Shown one piece after another: positions 16,990 to 30,135 of a stretch of DNA of 64,000 bases. The first letter of the stretch is position 1; the number at the start of each line of letters is the position of its first letter. Position numbers and translations under genes: made by a program. The DNA lies in NCBI RefSeq assembly GCF_009914755.1, contig NC_060929.1; one strand, given 5' to 3'. Below the pieces are notes generated by a model, which ran no database searches, was not told the origin of the DNA, and worked only from the letters and a program-made list of their open reading frames with translations. The DNA comes from the human T2T-CHM13v2.0 reference genome, Homo sapiens.

Positions 16990-18785
16990 ATAATGAGAAT
17001 TAATATTTATTGAGCTTCTATGTTATGCCAGACATTGTTCCCAGCATTTTACATGGATTAACTCATTTAATTTTCACAATAACACTAAGGTAGGTAATGT
17101 AATTGATGACAGTGGTGGCCCATCTGGAGTGGCTGCTGAGAAGACGCCAGCTGCAGCAGGCAAGGCGCAGCCAGGGCTGCACATTCCATGGAGCTGTTGG
17201 GAGCTGGGAACAGGCAGAAGCCCCACCCACTTCTGAGTGTGAGGGGTGGGAGTCCTGCCCTCCTGGGCACAGCTGCAGCCACCCAGCTGTGGGTGCAGAC
17301 CCAGGCATCCCTGTACTCTCAGAAGCCCAGGAAACCCCCCTACCCCCACAGGCTCAGAAATGCCTGCTCCCACTGCCCAGCCTCTCCCCACTCCTAGCTC
17401 CCACTCCAATTTCAGAGCAAAGTTAAGTGCAAGCTGGGGCACTGTCACGACCCAGCTGTGTATGCCCGTGCTCAGAGTACCACTGACACACCAGCCCCCT
17501 GTTGCCTCGGCCCCCTCCAGACTCTGTGCACCAAGGAGCATGGGAGGGGGGCCAAGGGGGAGCTGAGAGTGGCTCAGTATGGGCTGCAGGTGCCCCTTGG
17601 CATGAACAGCCTGGGTGCCAGTGCAGCAGGTTGATGGCAGCGGGAGGCAGACGGACTCCTGGACAGAAAGGGGCAGTTTCCGTGAAGCCCCACCGTTAGG
17701 CCTGGGATGGCCTGAAGCCTGGGGGCCAGGCTGCTAGTTCCACAGACTGGAGTGAGAACTTACGCTGCCCACAGCTGTCCATAGACCAATTAGCACTCAC
17801 TTCCCCTTCTCTGAAGCCCATAAAACTCCCTGGACTCAGCCAGACTGGGCAGAGGTTGGAACAACTGGCCTGCAGAGAGGAGCTACCCACTGTAGGTCTT
17901 CTCTCTCCTGAGAGCTGCACATTTGAAGGGATGACCTGCCTGCAGAGAGGAGCTACCCACTGTGGGTCTCCTCTCTCTTGAGAGCTGCAGGCTTGACAGG
18001 ACAACCTGCCTGCAGAGAGGAGCTACCCACTTCAGGTCTCCTGGGAGCTGTACCGTCGCTCAATAAAGTTCCTCTCTGCCTTGCTCACCCTCCAGTTGTC
18101 CCTGTACCTCATTCTTCCAGGACACAGGACAAGAACTTGGGACCCACTAAATGGTGGGACTGAAAGAGCTGTAACACAAACAGGGCTGAAACACACCCCT
18201 TGCTTGCCATGTTGCAGGTGAGAAGAGGGAGAGAAGATAGAAGAAGAGAGGAACTGCAGCCCTTCAGGGAGCCCAGACCTGGGAGCTCCCCAAGCCAGGG
18301 ATGTGACACCCTCTTTGGGGCTCTGTAGTTCCTGGCGTCTCCAAGCTTCCAGGCACCACCACATTCCCGGGTGCCAGCAGTGGAAGCCATCTGTGGTACA
18401 CCTGGTCCAGCCACAGCCTCACAGGGAGCTAGCACTTGTGTCGGCATCTGGAGCTGCCTGCCCTGCTGCAGCTGGCATGACTGGCTGTGCACAATGGGCA
18501 GCTCCCTTGTTCACATACCCCTTGCCTTTTTGTGCCTGGCTCACCCTTGGCAGGCATAAGATCTGGGCCAGTAGCGTGAGCCCAGCACAGCCTGCCCAGG
18601 CTGAGTGGGCAGAACCAGCCCAGTGGGCCCGAGCAAAACTCAGGCAAAGGCACCATTAGCCACAAAGGTTTCTGGCTGGCAAAGCAACACCCCAAGGATC
18701 CTGTGACATTTTCCCCATTTTGCAAGTGAAGCAGATGAGGCACAGAATTTTTAAGCAACGAATACACAGCCTCACAGCTAAAAAT
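16990..18785 (-). mobile_element. MIR remnant split in two by the MER52 LTR
   Basis: Left half 'atttattgagcttctatg...ctcatttaattttcacaataac...aggtaggta' continues after the LTR as 'ttccccattttgcaagtgaagcagatgaggcacaga'. Confidence 0.7.
17104..18708 (+). mobile_element. Solo ERV1 LTR, MER52A-like (~1.6 kb)
   Basis: TG...CA termini (tgatgacagtggtggcccatctggag ... ccccaaggatcctgtgaca), internal repeated ctgcagagaggagctacccact, aataaa at about 18062. Confidence 0.85.
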
Positions 18786-21771
18786 TGTAGGAAATATAGA
18801 AAGAAAACAACTAAGAGTGGGCTATAAAGCAACCAGGAAAGAAGAGGATACTGAATTGTCAGCTTGACAAAATGGGACTCTATACAGTTTCCATTTGCCT
18901 TTAGTTAGAACTACAAGAGTTCATACACACACTCAAGGTAAACAGATGCGTGAACTCCCACAGCCTTTACCTGACCACTTGTGTATGGTATTTGTGGAAA
19001 TGCCTGGTGTTATTTTTTTTTCTTCAAGAAAGATACTGCCTTTGAGGCTTCCAAACTAGTCTTCATAATGTTGAAAGTTGCTAGGGGCTCATCAGGACAC
19101 TAATGCACAACCCAAGAAACTATCATCAGATGACTAAATTTCACCCTGCTTATTTGAGACACATCAGTCTCCTACCTTATTTTGGGAAATACAGCAAAAT
19201 GGCTGGTAGACAGATGGTATTTTGCAGACCAACAAATTTAATCCATGCATCCACAGTCACTGGGGAGAAAACGTCATCAAAACCCCAAAGCCCAGTGAAA
19301 TACCCATTCCAGAAACGGGGCTAACGTCAACCAGCTGGGTTAAATATTGATCATTACATGGTGGTTTCTCCACAGAGCTGTTAAAGGAACTTAAAAAGTT
19401 GCTCAAAGGTGAGAGGAGAAGCAAGAAAGAGACAGAGGGCTAGCTATTACTAACGAACTTGAAGTACTTATTTAAAAGAGAGAGAACATTCAGCCTGACA
19501 TTTAGACATTGCTTATGTGATGTGCACAGTCGTATTAAAGCCCTGACCTAAATTTAGCAGTTTAAAAAGAACTCAGTTTCTACTTCCACCCTTTTCCAAA
19601 TGCCAGCTGAGAACTGATTTCTCAGACCCTTTCCATCCATAGGAAATCCCTGAGAACTTTACAAAAAATTTAAGAACAAAAAGGTCAGAAAGTTAAAACA
19701 CAGTATGCAGTCTCTCTCCTTCCTAAAATGGCCATTTGGTTAAAATCCATTATAATGAAAGAGTTAAAATTCTGCACAGTTTAAGAACAACCAGTTGACC
19801 TTTAAATGTGCTGGTTTGAATCCAATCACCTTTCAACAAGCATGAAATCTGGCACAAGGTGTACTAATGCACACCAATTATTTTCATAGTGTACATGACT
19901 GATCTCACAGCGTCCTGTTTGGAAAAAAAAGAATAGTGTTCATTTTCCAAAAGCCAAACTTAGAGGCTGAGTGTCTCTGTTGGTGGGTGGGATTTTCCTT
20001 TGGTAACTGTCTCCAAAAGTGCCTTTGGAGGAGGCTTTTCCTTGAAAAAGCACAGCAGAATACCTTAAGGAAAATAACTTTTTCATTTTGTTTAAATTCT
20101 GTTAAATGAAATAGTTTCCTCCAACTTTTAATACGTCAAAGGTAAAAATAGCTGGGAAATAATTAATTACTATCCTTTGTTAAGAGCTTTCAAGCCATAT
20201 ATGTAGGAGAAAAAACAATCCACTGCCAGTGAAAGAGTGAAATACTGAATCCTACTTGGAGTAAATGGATTTAAAACCCAGAGATTCAAAACCAATCGTT
20301 GAGAGACTTTCTATTCCCTAAAATGATTATTTTCTTTTTAAAAAGTAATTCCCATGAGATTCTTCTAAATGATAGGATCCTCTGATATCTTCAAAATATA
20401 GTTCAAATTACAATGTACCTTCACAGGACTTTTAAGAACACACTGGATGGTTGTTTTTGTGCAATGTACAGACATAGGTGCCCTGTTATGGGGACTACAC
20501 CATACAGCCAGATACACTCTGGTCAACTGCCAGACTATGTTCCTTCTCACCTCCTTTCTCTTCTACCTCTATGGTTCCTCCTGTACCCCAACCCACCCCA
20601 TTTCCATCACAGTGGAATGCTCTCCCATGTCAGACAGTAACATGGACTACTAACCCCACACCTGGACCATATTCAAGCCAGAGTCGGATTTTCCTTTGTT
20701 GAATCCTTTGCCTGGGAGTGAGACTTCTGACATTCCCTCCCCAAATCCTTCTCTCAGCTCCTCACTTTGGTGGGAGACTTCTGTTGGCCATGCCTGTGTT
20801 TGTCAGCCCCTCCCTGCCACAATATTTGATTTTCCTCCTCATTCACTCTCTTTATCTTGTGAGTCCAGAAAAGAGAAAGGTCAGGATCTCACAGCAATAT
20901 GGGTAGTGGCCCATGGCTTGTGGCCCCGGGCCAGCACTCAGATCTTCACCCACCCAGCCACTTCTGCTTTGGCACTGAGGAGGAAAGGGCTTGATTCAGG
21001 AAAAGAAGGCACCGCCTAGGTTGGGCACTATTCACAGACCATGTTAGGAAGACACCTGCTGGCCCACGGCCCTGGCCCAGGAGGCCCCCTTGGAGATTCC
21101 CATCAGGAAAGTCTGGTTATGTGCATAGTCCTAAAGATTCCCCCAAAATCAAAGGCTTCCTCCCAGAGTCCTGGCAGAGCAAGGTCATTCCACAGACATG
21201 CCAGGAAAGACAGGCAGCCAGAGTCTCTGTGGGCCTCCCTCACTGCCCCTGTCCTAATCTGCACTCATTCCTAAGCAGACCTCCATCACCAGCTTCTTCT
21301 AAACAGCACTAATTCTGTTCCTTTTTCCCTACTCCAGGACTGAGAAGACGTCAAGGTCCAGACACTCGTCATTAACACCTACTCACAACCGATTCCCCCA
21401 CCCACTTTGGCCTCACCAAGATTTGGCAAGCAGGAGAATTAAATGTCACTTTGCTACCATCCTCTGCTGAACCTCCAACAGAAAAACCCATATTGCCCAA
21501 GTACAAAGCATGAAATACTGCTGGCCTACCCTGACTTTTCAGCTATTCTCCTTGCATATAGTAAATGACTCCCCAGGAGACATCATCTTAAAGTCTGAGA
21601 CACAAAAAAGGACCCAAAGTCCTATATGCTTGAAGAATTGCATGGCAATATATTTAGTTAACATTTTCTATTTTATTAGAAAAAACAGACAATTCAATTG
21701 TCGATGTGATCGTTTCAGGCTTCCCAGCCTCTCCTTTCTGACATCATCCTATATACTACAACCTCCACCAG

Positions 21772-21990
21772 AAAAGCAGTATGGTACTGGGAAAAAGAGA
21801 TCTAAAGGCAGAACACTAGGGCTTCACTCTCAGCACTGTTAACTGAGTGACTTGACTAAGTCACTGAAATTCACTGAAACTGCAGTTTCCCCTTCTGTCA
21901 AAGGGGGATAACAATATCAGCTTCACAGGGTGCTGTGAAGGAAGCAAATGAGAAAATGAAAGTGAGCATCCTTTTAAATTATAAACAGAG
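21772..21990 (+). mobile_element. MIR SINE remnant
   Basis: 'gagtgacttgactaagtcact...cagtttccccttctgtcaaagggggataac'. Confidence 0.7.
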
Positions 21991-23244
21991 AATAAGGGAG
22001 AGGGGAGGGGGAAGGGGAGAGGAGGAAGAAAGGAAACAATCTGCCCTCCCTCACCCCTTCACACTAGGTAAAATAAAATGTTTAGACAGAAAAACCTAAA
22101 GAAAAGGATCCAAATAAAATATTCTTAGGAACTGTCAAAGGGAGAAGACATTGGAATCTCCAAATCTGGCCAAGAGCTCAGCCTAAGCAGCATGTTTTGA
22201 ACTCCTGAGTCCTTGGAACCCTGCACTAAAGCTTTGGGACTCTGACCTGCAGGAAAAAAAAAAAAAAATGCTTCCCTCAGTTCATTCCCTGTAGTTTAAA
22301 AACAAGAGCAACTAAAGGGCAAGCTTCGGGGGCAAGGGGAGACAAACACCTCAGACCATTAACTTACTTTATCCCCATTGGAAATCAACTTCTGGAGAAC
22401 ATTTCAGCTTTGTATGCTCTTCTTGGTCCCACTCAAATGGGAAGTTCTGCTCGAGGCCAGAAATAGAAAACAGGAAGTCAACAGAACTGATTTTCCTAAC
22501 TGCCCAAATGCAAATCACCACACTCCGTTATGGATGAGAATTAGAGTAAAATGTAAACTTCTTTTTAAAAAGAAGTTCACATGCTAACTGTGTACAGAAA
22601 ACATCCTACTCCAGGGAAGAAAGAAAGAAAGAAAGAAAGGAAAGATCCATCAGCTTCCTTCCTTAATAAAGGAGGATTGACAGAGCTGGACTGACAGTGA
22701 AGTAAAGGTTACCGACGGTGTGCTCATCAGAACCATGCTGCCACTAAAAATAATGAAGTGTCCCACTTTGATGCGACACTATTCTCCAAGTTGGTTCCTC
22801 TAAAGGTGCTTTTCTTCAAGGGAAGCAGATACTAAAGTGACAACTTTCTCATTACCATTCAGACTATTTTCTTAGAGTCCCAGGTTTGAAACTTTCAAGT
22901 TGAAACTCTAAGCTGCACCCACTGCATACAGACTTCTTAGTCAGTTTCTGTCACGTACCATCATATCTACCTTATTTGCATCAGTCATAAATTCTGCTCA
23001 TTCTTCTATCACAGCTCCTCTGACATTTGCCAGACCTCACCATTTCCTCAGCCATTTCTGGTCTGAATCATCAGCCCCCCATGCCTGCTGCCTGCTCTCT
23101 TCTATAAACATACCAGATGAATCTTTCCAGCATGCTGCTTCCCCTGCCCCCAAGTCAGCCACAGTTCCCTACTACCTATTGATCACATCTGAGTTGCCTC
23201 AGCCAGTGGTCTTGCCATATCTACCTAGCTTAGGCTGAGTGTTA

Positions 23245-23495
23245 TAGGAGAAAGTGCACTAGCCCGGGCACCAGATGGATCAGGTAAGACTCTAGCTTAG
23301 GTAAGCTTTATCACATCATATAGTGGCTGTGTGGATTGAGGAAAATTATGAAACTTCTTTGCACTTCAGTTTTCTCATTTGCAGAATGAAGATAATAACA
23401 CCTACCTATACAGTTACTAAGGATTAAATAGGATAATATGCACAAAGTGACCCTAGTGAGTTTCAGTAAGAAGAATTAATGCTTATGAAGTGCTT
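23245..23495 (+). mobile_element. MIR SINE remnant
   Basis: 'cttcagttttctcatttgcagaatgaagataataacacctacc...aggattaaataggataat'. Confidence 0.7.
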
Positions 23496-23499
23496 ATCA

Positions 23500-23690
23500 C
23501 ATTCCAGCTTCTGTTCTGTGTGCTGTGCATGTGTTTATGCAGGTATTATTATTAACCTCATTTTGCAGAAGAGGAACTTGAGGCAAGAGAGAGCGTGTAA
23601 AGTCACATAACAAATCCACAGAAGAGCTAGCCTTTGAACTCCAACAGCCTGACTCCAGTGCCTGCATATGTAACTCCATGCTCTACTGCC
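23500..23690 (-). mobile_element. MIR SINE remnant
   Basis: 'attaacctcattttgcagaagaggaacttgaggc...gtcacata...ctgactccagtgcctg'. Confidence 0.7.
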
Positions 23691-24199
23691 TCCCATTTCC
23701 CTTTCCCTCCAACTTTCACCGGCTAACACAGCCCACAGGTCCACCTCAGTCCTTCTCATCCTTCCAGTCTTCCCTCCACATTCCAACTACCTGTGACAAA
23801 TGCTATCCTGCATTTTCTCTCCAATCTTACCTGACATCTTGAAGGGAGCAGTTCAGTTACAGCATTCTCTCCATACCCAACTATACCATCTCTCTACTCT
23901 TTATCTTGCCCTCACATACACATAAGTTTGTCATTGTTCTTCAGTTCTTTGGGTAATCTCTTCCTAGAAACTGCATCTAACAAATAGACCACATCCCCAA
24001 ATTCCATCATGTCCAAAAAGAAGCACGGTATTTCCATCAACACCCCAGCTGCCATCACCAAGCCAACTCGCCTGACTTCCATTCACTTACTAGCAAACAT
24101 TTACCAAGTATCTGCCATGTTCATTTTGTCAATGAGAATGACATGGGACTTGTTCCTCTAGGAGATCACAGTCTAATGAGATCAATGTTTATATAGAAA

Positions 24200-25295
24200 A
24201 TGTAAATAGGTTGTGATAAGTACTAAATGCACGCTGCTAATGGCATCATCACCTCTGGCTCTTCTCAATCCTGCGTTTCCCATGTTGTGTCATGCAACAG
24301 AGCTGTCACACTGCCTCTTCCTCTTCATCTCTGGTGCCACCTGTGATTTACTTGCACACTACCTTGTTTCTGAACTATTGCAGCCCCTCCCAACTTATCT
24401 CACTGCCTCATTCACCTGCCTTTCAAAACTGGCCCACCTCCTGCTGCCCAATAACCTGATGTTGTCACTCTCATATTTAAAACCCATAAGTGCTGCCGGG
24501 AGCGGTGGCTCACGCCTGTAATCCCAGCACTTTGGGAGGCCGAGGCGGGCGGATCACAAGGTCAAGAGATCGAGACCATCCTGGCCAACGTGGTGAAGCC
24601 CAGCCTCTACTAAAAATACAAAAATTAGCTGGGCGGGGTGGCACACACCTGTAGTCCCAGCTACTTGGCAGGCTGAGGCAGGAGAATTGCTTGAACCCGG
24701 AGGCAGAGGTTGCAGTGAGCCGAGATTGCACTACTGCACTCCAGACTGGTGACGGAGCGAGACGCTGTCAAAAAAACAAAACAAAACAAAAAACATATCA
24801 ATGCTGATGAACCAAGTGCAAAGCCCTGAGCTTGGCCAGGCAACATAGCCTGGAAACCTGACTTTTAATCCTTACTTTGCTCTATTCCCCCAACATACAC
24901 ACACTTCATACACCACACCTAAAAGAGACTTCCCACAGTTTTCCAAAAATGACTCACATTTATATTTCCTGTTTTTCCCTTTGCCCACCCTGCCCTCTCT
25001 CCCTCTGCCTTCATTTTTTTAATTAACCTCTGGAACTCAGGTGCTCCTGCTCCAAGGTTTAGGTCAAAAGTTACCTCCTCCATGAAGCTTTCTCTCATTC
25101 TCCCACAATGTGTGAAAGCCCCATTCTCAGATTTGCTTAGTTGTGCATTTGTATATTCTACCTTGCACTACAGTCATTTGTATATTTATCTTATGGTTTC
25201 TGTGCCTTAGGAAAGGTACACTGTCTTAATCATCTTTGTTCAATACAGTGCCTAGCAGAGTGCCTCAAGTATAATATGTGCTCAATAAATAATAG
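24200..25295 (+). mobile_element. L2 LINE remnant (3' part) interrupted by an Alu
   Basis: Pyrimidine-rich L2 body and 3' end 'cagtgcctagcagagtgcc...gtgctcaataaat'. Confidence 0.6.
24495..24793 (+). mobile_element. Alu SINE (AluSc-like)
   Basis: gccgggagcggtggctcacgcc start; 'ggatcacaaggtcaagagatcgagaccatcctggcc'; (aaaac)n tail. Confidence 0.95.
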
Positions 25296-25452
25296 ATGCA
25301 TTTTTCCATGCATATTTTCTACTATATCGAAGTGGAAAATATATCCATGTGATATAGTGGAAAATATCTCATGAAGAGAGATACAGTGAGGAAAATATCT
25401 CATGAAGACCAAAAAGCAGAAATCCAAGTTTTTTCTTTTCATTACTATCATC

Positions 25453-25991
25453 AGTGATTATTAATTTTATGTGTCAACTTGGTTGGGCTTAGGGATGCTC
25501 AGATAGCTGGTAAAATATTATTTCTGGATGTGTCTCTCAGGGTGTTTCTGGGGGAAATTAGCATTTGAATCAGTAGACTAAATAAAGAAAATCTGCCCTC
25601 ACAAATGTGAGCCAGCATCATCCAATTTATTGACAGTTTAGATACAACAATAAGGCAGAAGAAGGTGAACTCTCTTTCCTTGAGCTGGGACATCCATCTT
25701 CTCCTGCTCTGACATTGGAGTTCCTAGTTCTTGGGACTTCAGATTCTCCCCTGAAGTTTCTCAGGCCTTTTGGCATCAGACTGGAAGTTATGCCATTGGC
25801 TCCCCTGGTTCTCAGACCTTTGGACTCAGACTGAATTATACCACTGGCTTTCCTGGTTCTCCAGCTTCAAGATGACATATTGTGAGACTTTTCAACCTCC
25901 ATAATTGCATGAGCCAATTTCCACAATATATCTCCTCTTATGTATCTATATATTTCCTATTGGTTTTGTTTCTCTACAGAATCCTAATAGA
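25453..25991 (+). mobile_element. Solo ERVL LTR, MLT2-family
   Basis: 'ttaattttatgtgtcaacttgg...gattagcatttgaatcagtagact'-like start to 'cctattggttttgtttctctacagaatcctaata'; 5-bp tcatc on both sides. Confidence 0.85.
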
Positions 25992-26579
25992 TCATCTAAT
26001 TGTTTATCTAACAAGTATTTTCCTCCCTAGACGATATGTTGGGCACTAGGGACACAAAAATAAAAACACAGACATCTGCACTCAATAAACTTACATTCAA
26101 TATCAGAGAGATTGGCACAGAATACAAATAAAATGAGATACATGCAAAATAATATGAATTGCAAAATTACGGCAATTCACCACCAACTAGGTGTGTGACC
26201 GTGGGAAAATCACACTGTGAGCTAAATATTAGCAAGTTTAAAATGCAAAATCAGAGGCAGTCTATGAATTGGACTTTGCTAATGGCCTCCTTTGCTGATG
26301 GATGGCACATTGGTGTTAGAAAGTGCTTATTTTTGCAAAGGTCCATTATTGATGCTTTAATTCTAAGGAAATTATGTAGGCAGAAACTAAAGAAAGGTTA
26401 AAAAAACAGCAGCTAAAATTGATACTTAGACAATAAAAAACTAATTATAAGTGATTTATCAGCACCACTAGATAACTACATTGGTGAAATTTAAGGCCAT
26501 GAAATGCAGGACAAGCCTCGTAGGAAGCAAGGTCCCAGTGGATGAGATGCTGTCCTCTGGGCTCCTAACCTTCCACCAC

Positions 26580-26730
26580 TAGTATTCACCATATCTGATT
26601 GGAAATGTGTGCATGTGAGTCGGCCTCCCCTCTATGATGTGAGTAGGGACCTATTTTTGCTCATCTCTGTATCCTCTACACACGATGCTTGGCACACAGC
26701 AAGTATTCAATAAATGTTTATGAATGAAGC
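26580..26730 (+). mobile_element. L2 3' end remnant
   Basis: 'tcatctctgtatcc...gcttggcacacagcaagtattcaataaatgtttatgaatgaa'. Confidence 0.7.
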
Positions 26731-27454
26731 AATCAGTCATTGTCACCAAGAATTTACTGGGAATTTCACATGCTAAATCTAGAACAAATGATGTGGTTCC
26801 TACCATCAAATAAAATCTGTGAAAACCCTAAGACGTAAACTGCAAACCATGACTTGGTATTAGAGAGGGGTCGTTATCAAATGAAAACAACTCAGCCGCC
26901 AGGAAGTCATTTCAAAATAACAAATTCTCTTTCTGTTATTTCTCAAATGCTGTGAAAAGGAATCTCAGTCTGCCGCAACAATTCACAAAGCCCCTTCCTT
27001 TCATGTGGTCACGTCACATCACACAAGCCCTGTCATGCGCCTCTCTCCTTCATACCCTCCCACCAAAACTGATCTCCCAGACCTAGTCCTCAAACCTGTG
27101 CCCTTCTAACCCTCTACCTTTTCCAGTGATTCTGTATCACAAAAGCCCAAAAGAACTGCTCTGGCAAGATCTAACAGTGTCTGAAATATCGGGAAGTAAA
27201 AGAAAATAAATAGGCAAAACTAGAACAATTCTTTGTAGGCAGTAAAACAACATCTCAGATCTACCATATGTTATAAATGTTGGCCTGATGGCATATAAAA
27301 AAAAACTTAAAGGTGCCCAAAAAATCAAAAATGGTAAAAAGAAACAAAAGTGTTTAAATGTTTTAAGCATCTACAATGTTTGGGAGATTTGAGATGCTCA
27401 ATCACAAAATATTTATTAAGAACCTACTCTAAGAATTTGTTTTGAAAGAGATAC

Positions 27455-28003
27455 TGTGTCAGGGGTACCCAAGACCCCTGCCCCCTACATTTGGACATCA
27501 CTAGAAGGACCCATGGGACTCAGTGTATGGCAGTACTTAAAGCTAAGATTTATTCTAGTGATGTAATAAGGATACACAGCCAGATCATAAGGGAGAGCCA
27601 CAGGCAGTGTCTGAATGATTTTACGTGCAGATTTCCTTATGCTTCTGCCTACCACGGGAGATCACATAGAGTACAGCAAGGAAAATGTAGCAACTTGTAT
27701 ATGACGTTTCAGCCCACAGAAGCTTCTTTTTAGAAACTCGGTGCCCAAGGTTTTTCATGGAGCTGATCACATAGGCACCCTCTGCCTAGCACATCAAAAT
27801 ATTCCAGACTCCAAACAGGGGAGCAGGTGTTCAAGCATAAACTGTGTTGTTTGCACAAAAGTCTAGGCACAGTGAACCACACTTATCAATTGACTGTTGA
27901 CTGAGAGCCCTCCAAGGGCTCAGTTCCCAGTTACCAACCAAAGGCTAACCTGGCAAGCAGGCCTTTCTAAGGGTAGCAGTGTCAAGCCTTTGTAGCCTGC
28001 ACA
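27455..28003 (-). mobile_element. Solo ERVL LTR, MER77/MER68-like
   Basis: tgtgtcaggggtacccaagacc...gcaggcctttctaagggtagcag...tgcaca; perfect 5-bp TSD gatac at 27450-27454 and 28004-28008. Confidence 0.85.
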
Positions 28004-29919
28004 GATACAAAGGCCCAGTTTTTGTTTCAAGGCAACTAACATAGACAGAAATAAGATTTATACATAAAAATATGCATTGTATACAGTACTATCCTAGATA
28101 ACACTAAAGAAAAAATTCCCAAAATGTCCTTGAGCACTTTTATCAGCATCATCAGGATGCTCGTCAAGAGGATGCTCGTCAACCTAGTGGCTACAGCCCA
28201 AAGCACCCTGAGCAATAGAAGAATGGGGCATCAGTAAGAGCCACAGGCTGAGGGGAGATTACAGAAGACCTTGAATACCACGATGAGACTTTGAATTTGA
28301 TTTCATCGTCTTAGAAAGCCACTGAAGGTTTTATTTTTTCTTCACCAGATGACAAGATCAAAACAGCATTGTTTGAAGGTGAATCTGATTACCTATGTAG
28401 AATATGTTGAAAGAGGCTAAGGCCAGAGGCCAAGAAACCAGAAGCTCAAAAGGAAAGAAAATGATCCTAATATGTAAGGACCACTCATTAGGAATTAGAC
28501 TCTGCTCAGGGTGCTTCCCGTGAATCCTGTCAGCCTTCTAAGGCAGTTGCTATTGTTCCCATTTTGTAGCTTGCCAGTGTCATGCAAGTCAGGACAATAG
28601 GAAAGGAGCAGGGAATAGAAAAGTAAATAGATAAAGAACTGAGAATAGAAAAAGGAGTGGTGGGCCAGTGCCCGAGGCAAGGGAGAGGAAGTCATCACAG
28701 GTAACTCCTGAGCATATCTTGTTCTTTTCTTCCTTTGGACCTTTTATTCTAAGAAGACAGGGAGAAAGTCATCTTCCAAAAATGGTGGACCGTAAAAAGG
28801 GAGCTAAAAGAAGAAATAGTCAAAATTTTCTAAATGAGGTAATAGAGGTGAAGAAGGAATAGGATGTTCCACCTTCTTCCTGACTCAGACAGTAAGGAGT
28901 GGGTAAACTGGTAGCATTCTTTTATCTTCACTATCTCAGAGAAATTTATGCTATTAAAATAGTTTCTTCTTGATTGTTTCCCTGACATGATGCAACCCCA
29001 AAATCACTTAATAACTGAGCTACTCTTGAGACTAATTATTAAGGTATCTAAAATGAACACCCAGAAGCATCACAGTCTCATGAGGACACATTTATTAATC
29101 ACTTGATTCCATAAAAGGTGTTAGTGATGCTACAGTGAGACACTGACCCCAAGGGCTTTAGAGGACACAACACAGAAATCTGCTCGATTGATAAATATCC
29201 ATCTTAGTTCTTACTTTATAAAACCCAGAACTAAGTAACAAGACATGACAGGCCACTATTTAAGGGGAATTAATCTGTTGCCTCAATTGACATTTAAGCA
29301 GGAGGCCAAAGACCATTAGAACAAACTGAAATTAATTAATGTAGCAAAATAACTCAATACCAGGATGCTGATCTTATCTTGTTGAAAATCACTCCAAGAT
29401 CTTTATTAGTCCTTAACGTAACTTCCAAGTGAGCTGCCTGTATCTTTCTTATTCAGAATCCCTATTAGCCAATTGAAGTGCTGGGCAGTGTGGCCAGGAA
29501 ACAAGAAGGAGGAACTTGAACAAAATCCTTAAAATAGACCTCACTCCAAAGGCTTATGGAATGTCCCCCGTGATTGGGGAGAATTCATTCTGATTTTGGT
29601 AACCAGCTCAGTTACAGCTTGCTTGAGAATTCTTTTCCCCTAAGAGGTAATGCCAGGAAAAAGTTATATGAAAGGATTTGCTCTTCCTCAGTGTAATTTA
29701 TGTATTTCTTTACATTTCAGCCTGCCTTGTACTTCATGCAGGTTGAACAGAAATGTTTTCTGAGCATGTATTGTTACAGCCCTCTGAGACGGTATAAAAG
29801 AATGAAAGAAGACACGACCTGCCTTCCAGGAGTTTCACAAAAAAGATGGGATGAACACAGGTAAAAGCAAGATGAACATATGCAGGTGACTATTTATGAA
29901 CAGCAACTAAATGCATAGG

Positions 29920-30135
29920 TTATGGGATGTTGAAGAGCCAAGGTTTAAATCCTCTCTCCACTAGTTACCACTTGGAGCAAGTTGTATATTCTTTATAAGC
30001 CTCAGTTTCCCCTTCTGAGAAACTGGGTTGATAGTACCCACCTCATAAGGTCCTTGTCAAGGGTGGTAAGATAATAAACATAAAATGCTTGGCACATAAA
30101 AGGAGTTCAACAAATGTTAGCTACTATTATCATAA
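29920..30135 (+). mobile_element. MIR SINE remnant
   Basis: 'agcctcagtttccccttctgagaaactggg...cacctcataagg...gcttggcacata...caacaaatgttagctactatt'. Confidence 0.75.

Noticed and set aside
17063-18767. Dense cluster of ORFs on both strands
   Set aside because: All lie in the GC-rich MER52 LTR; no gag, pol or env motifs.
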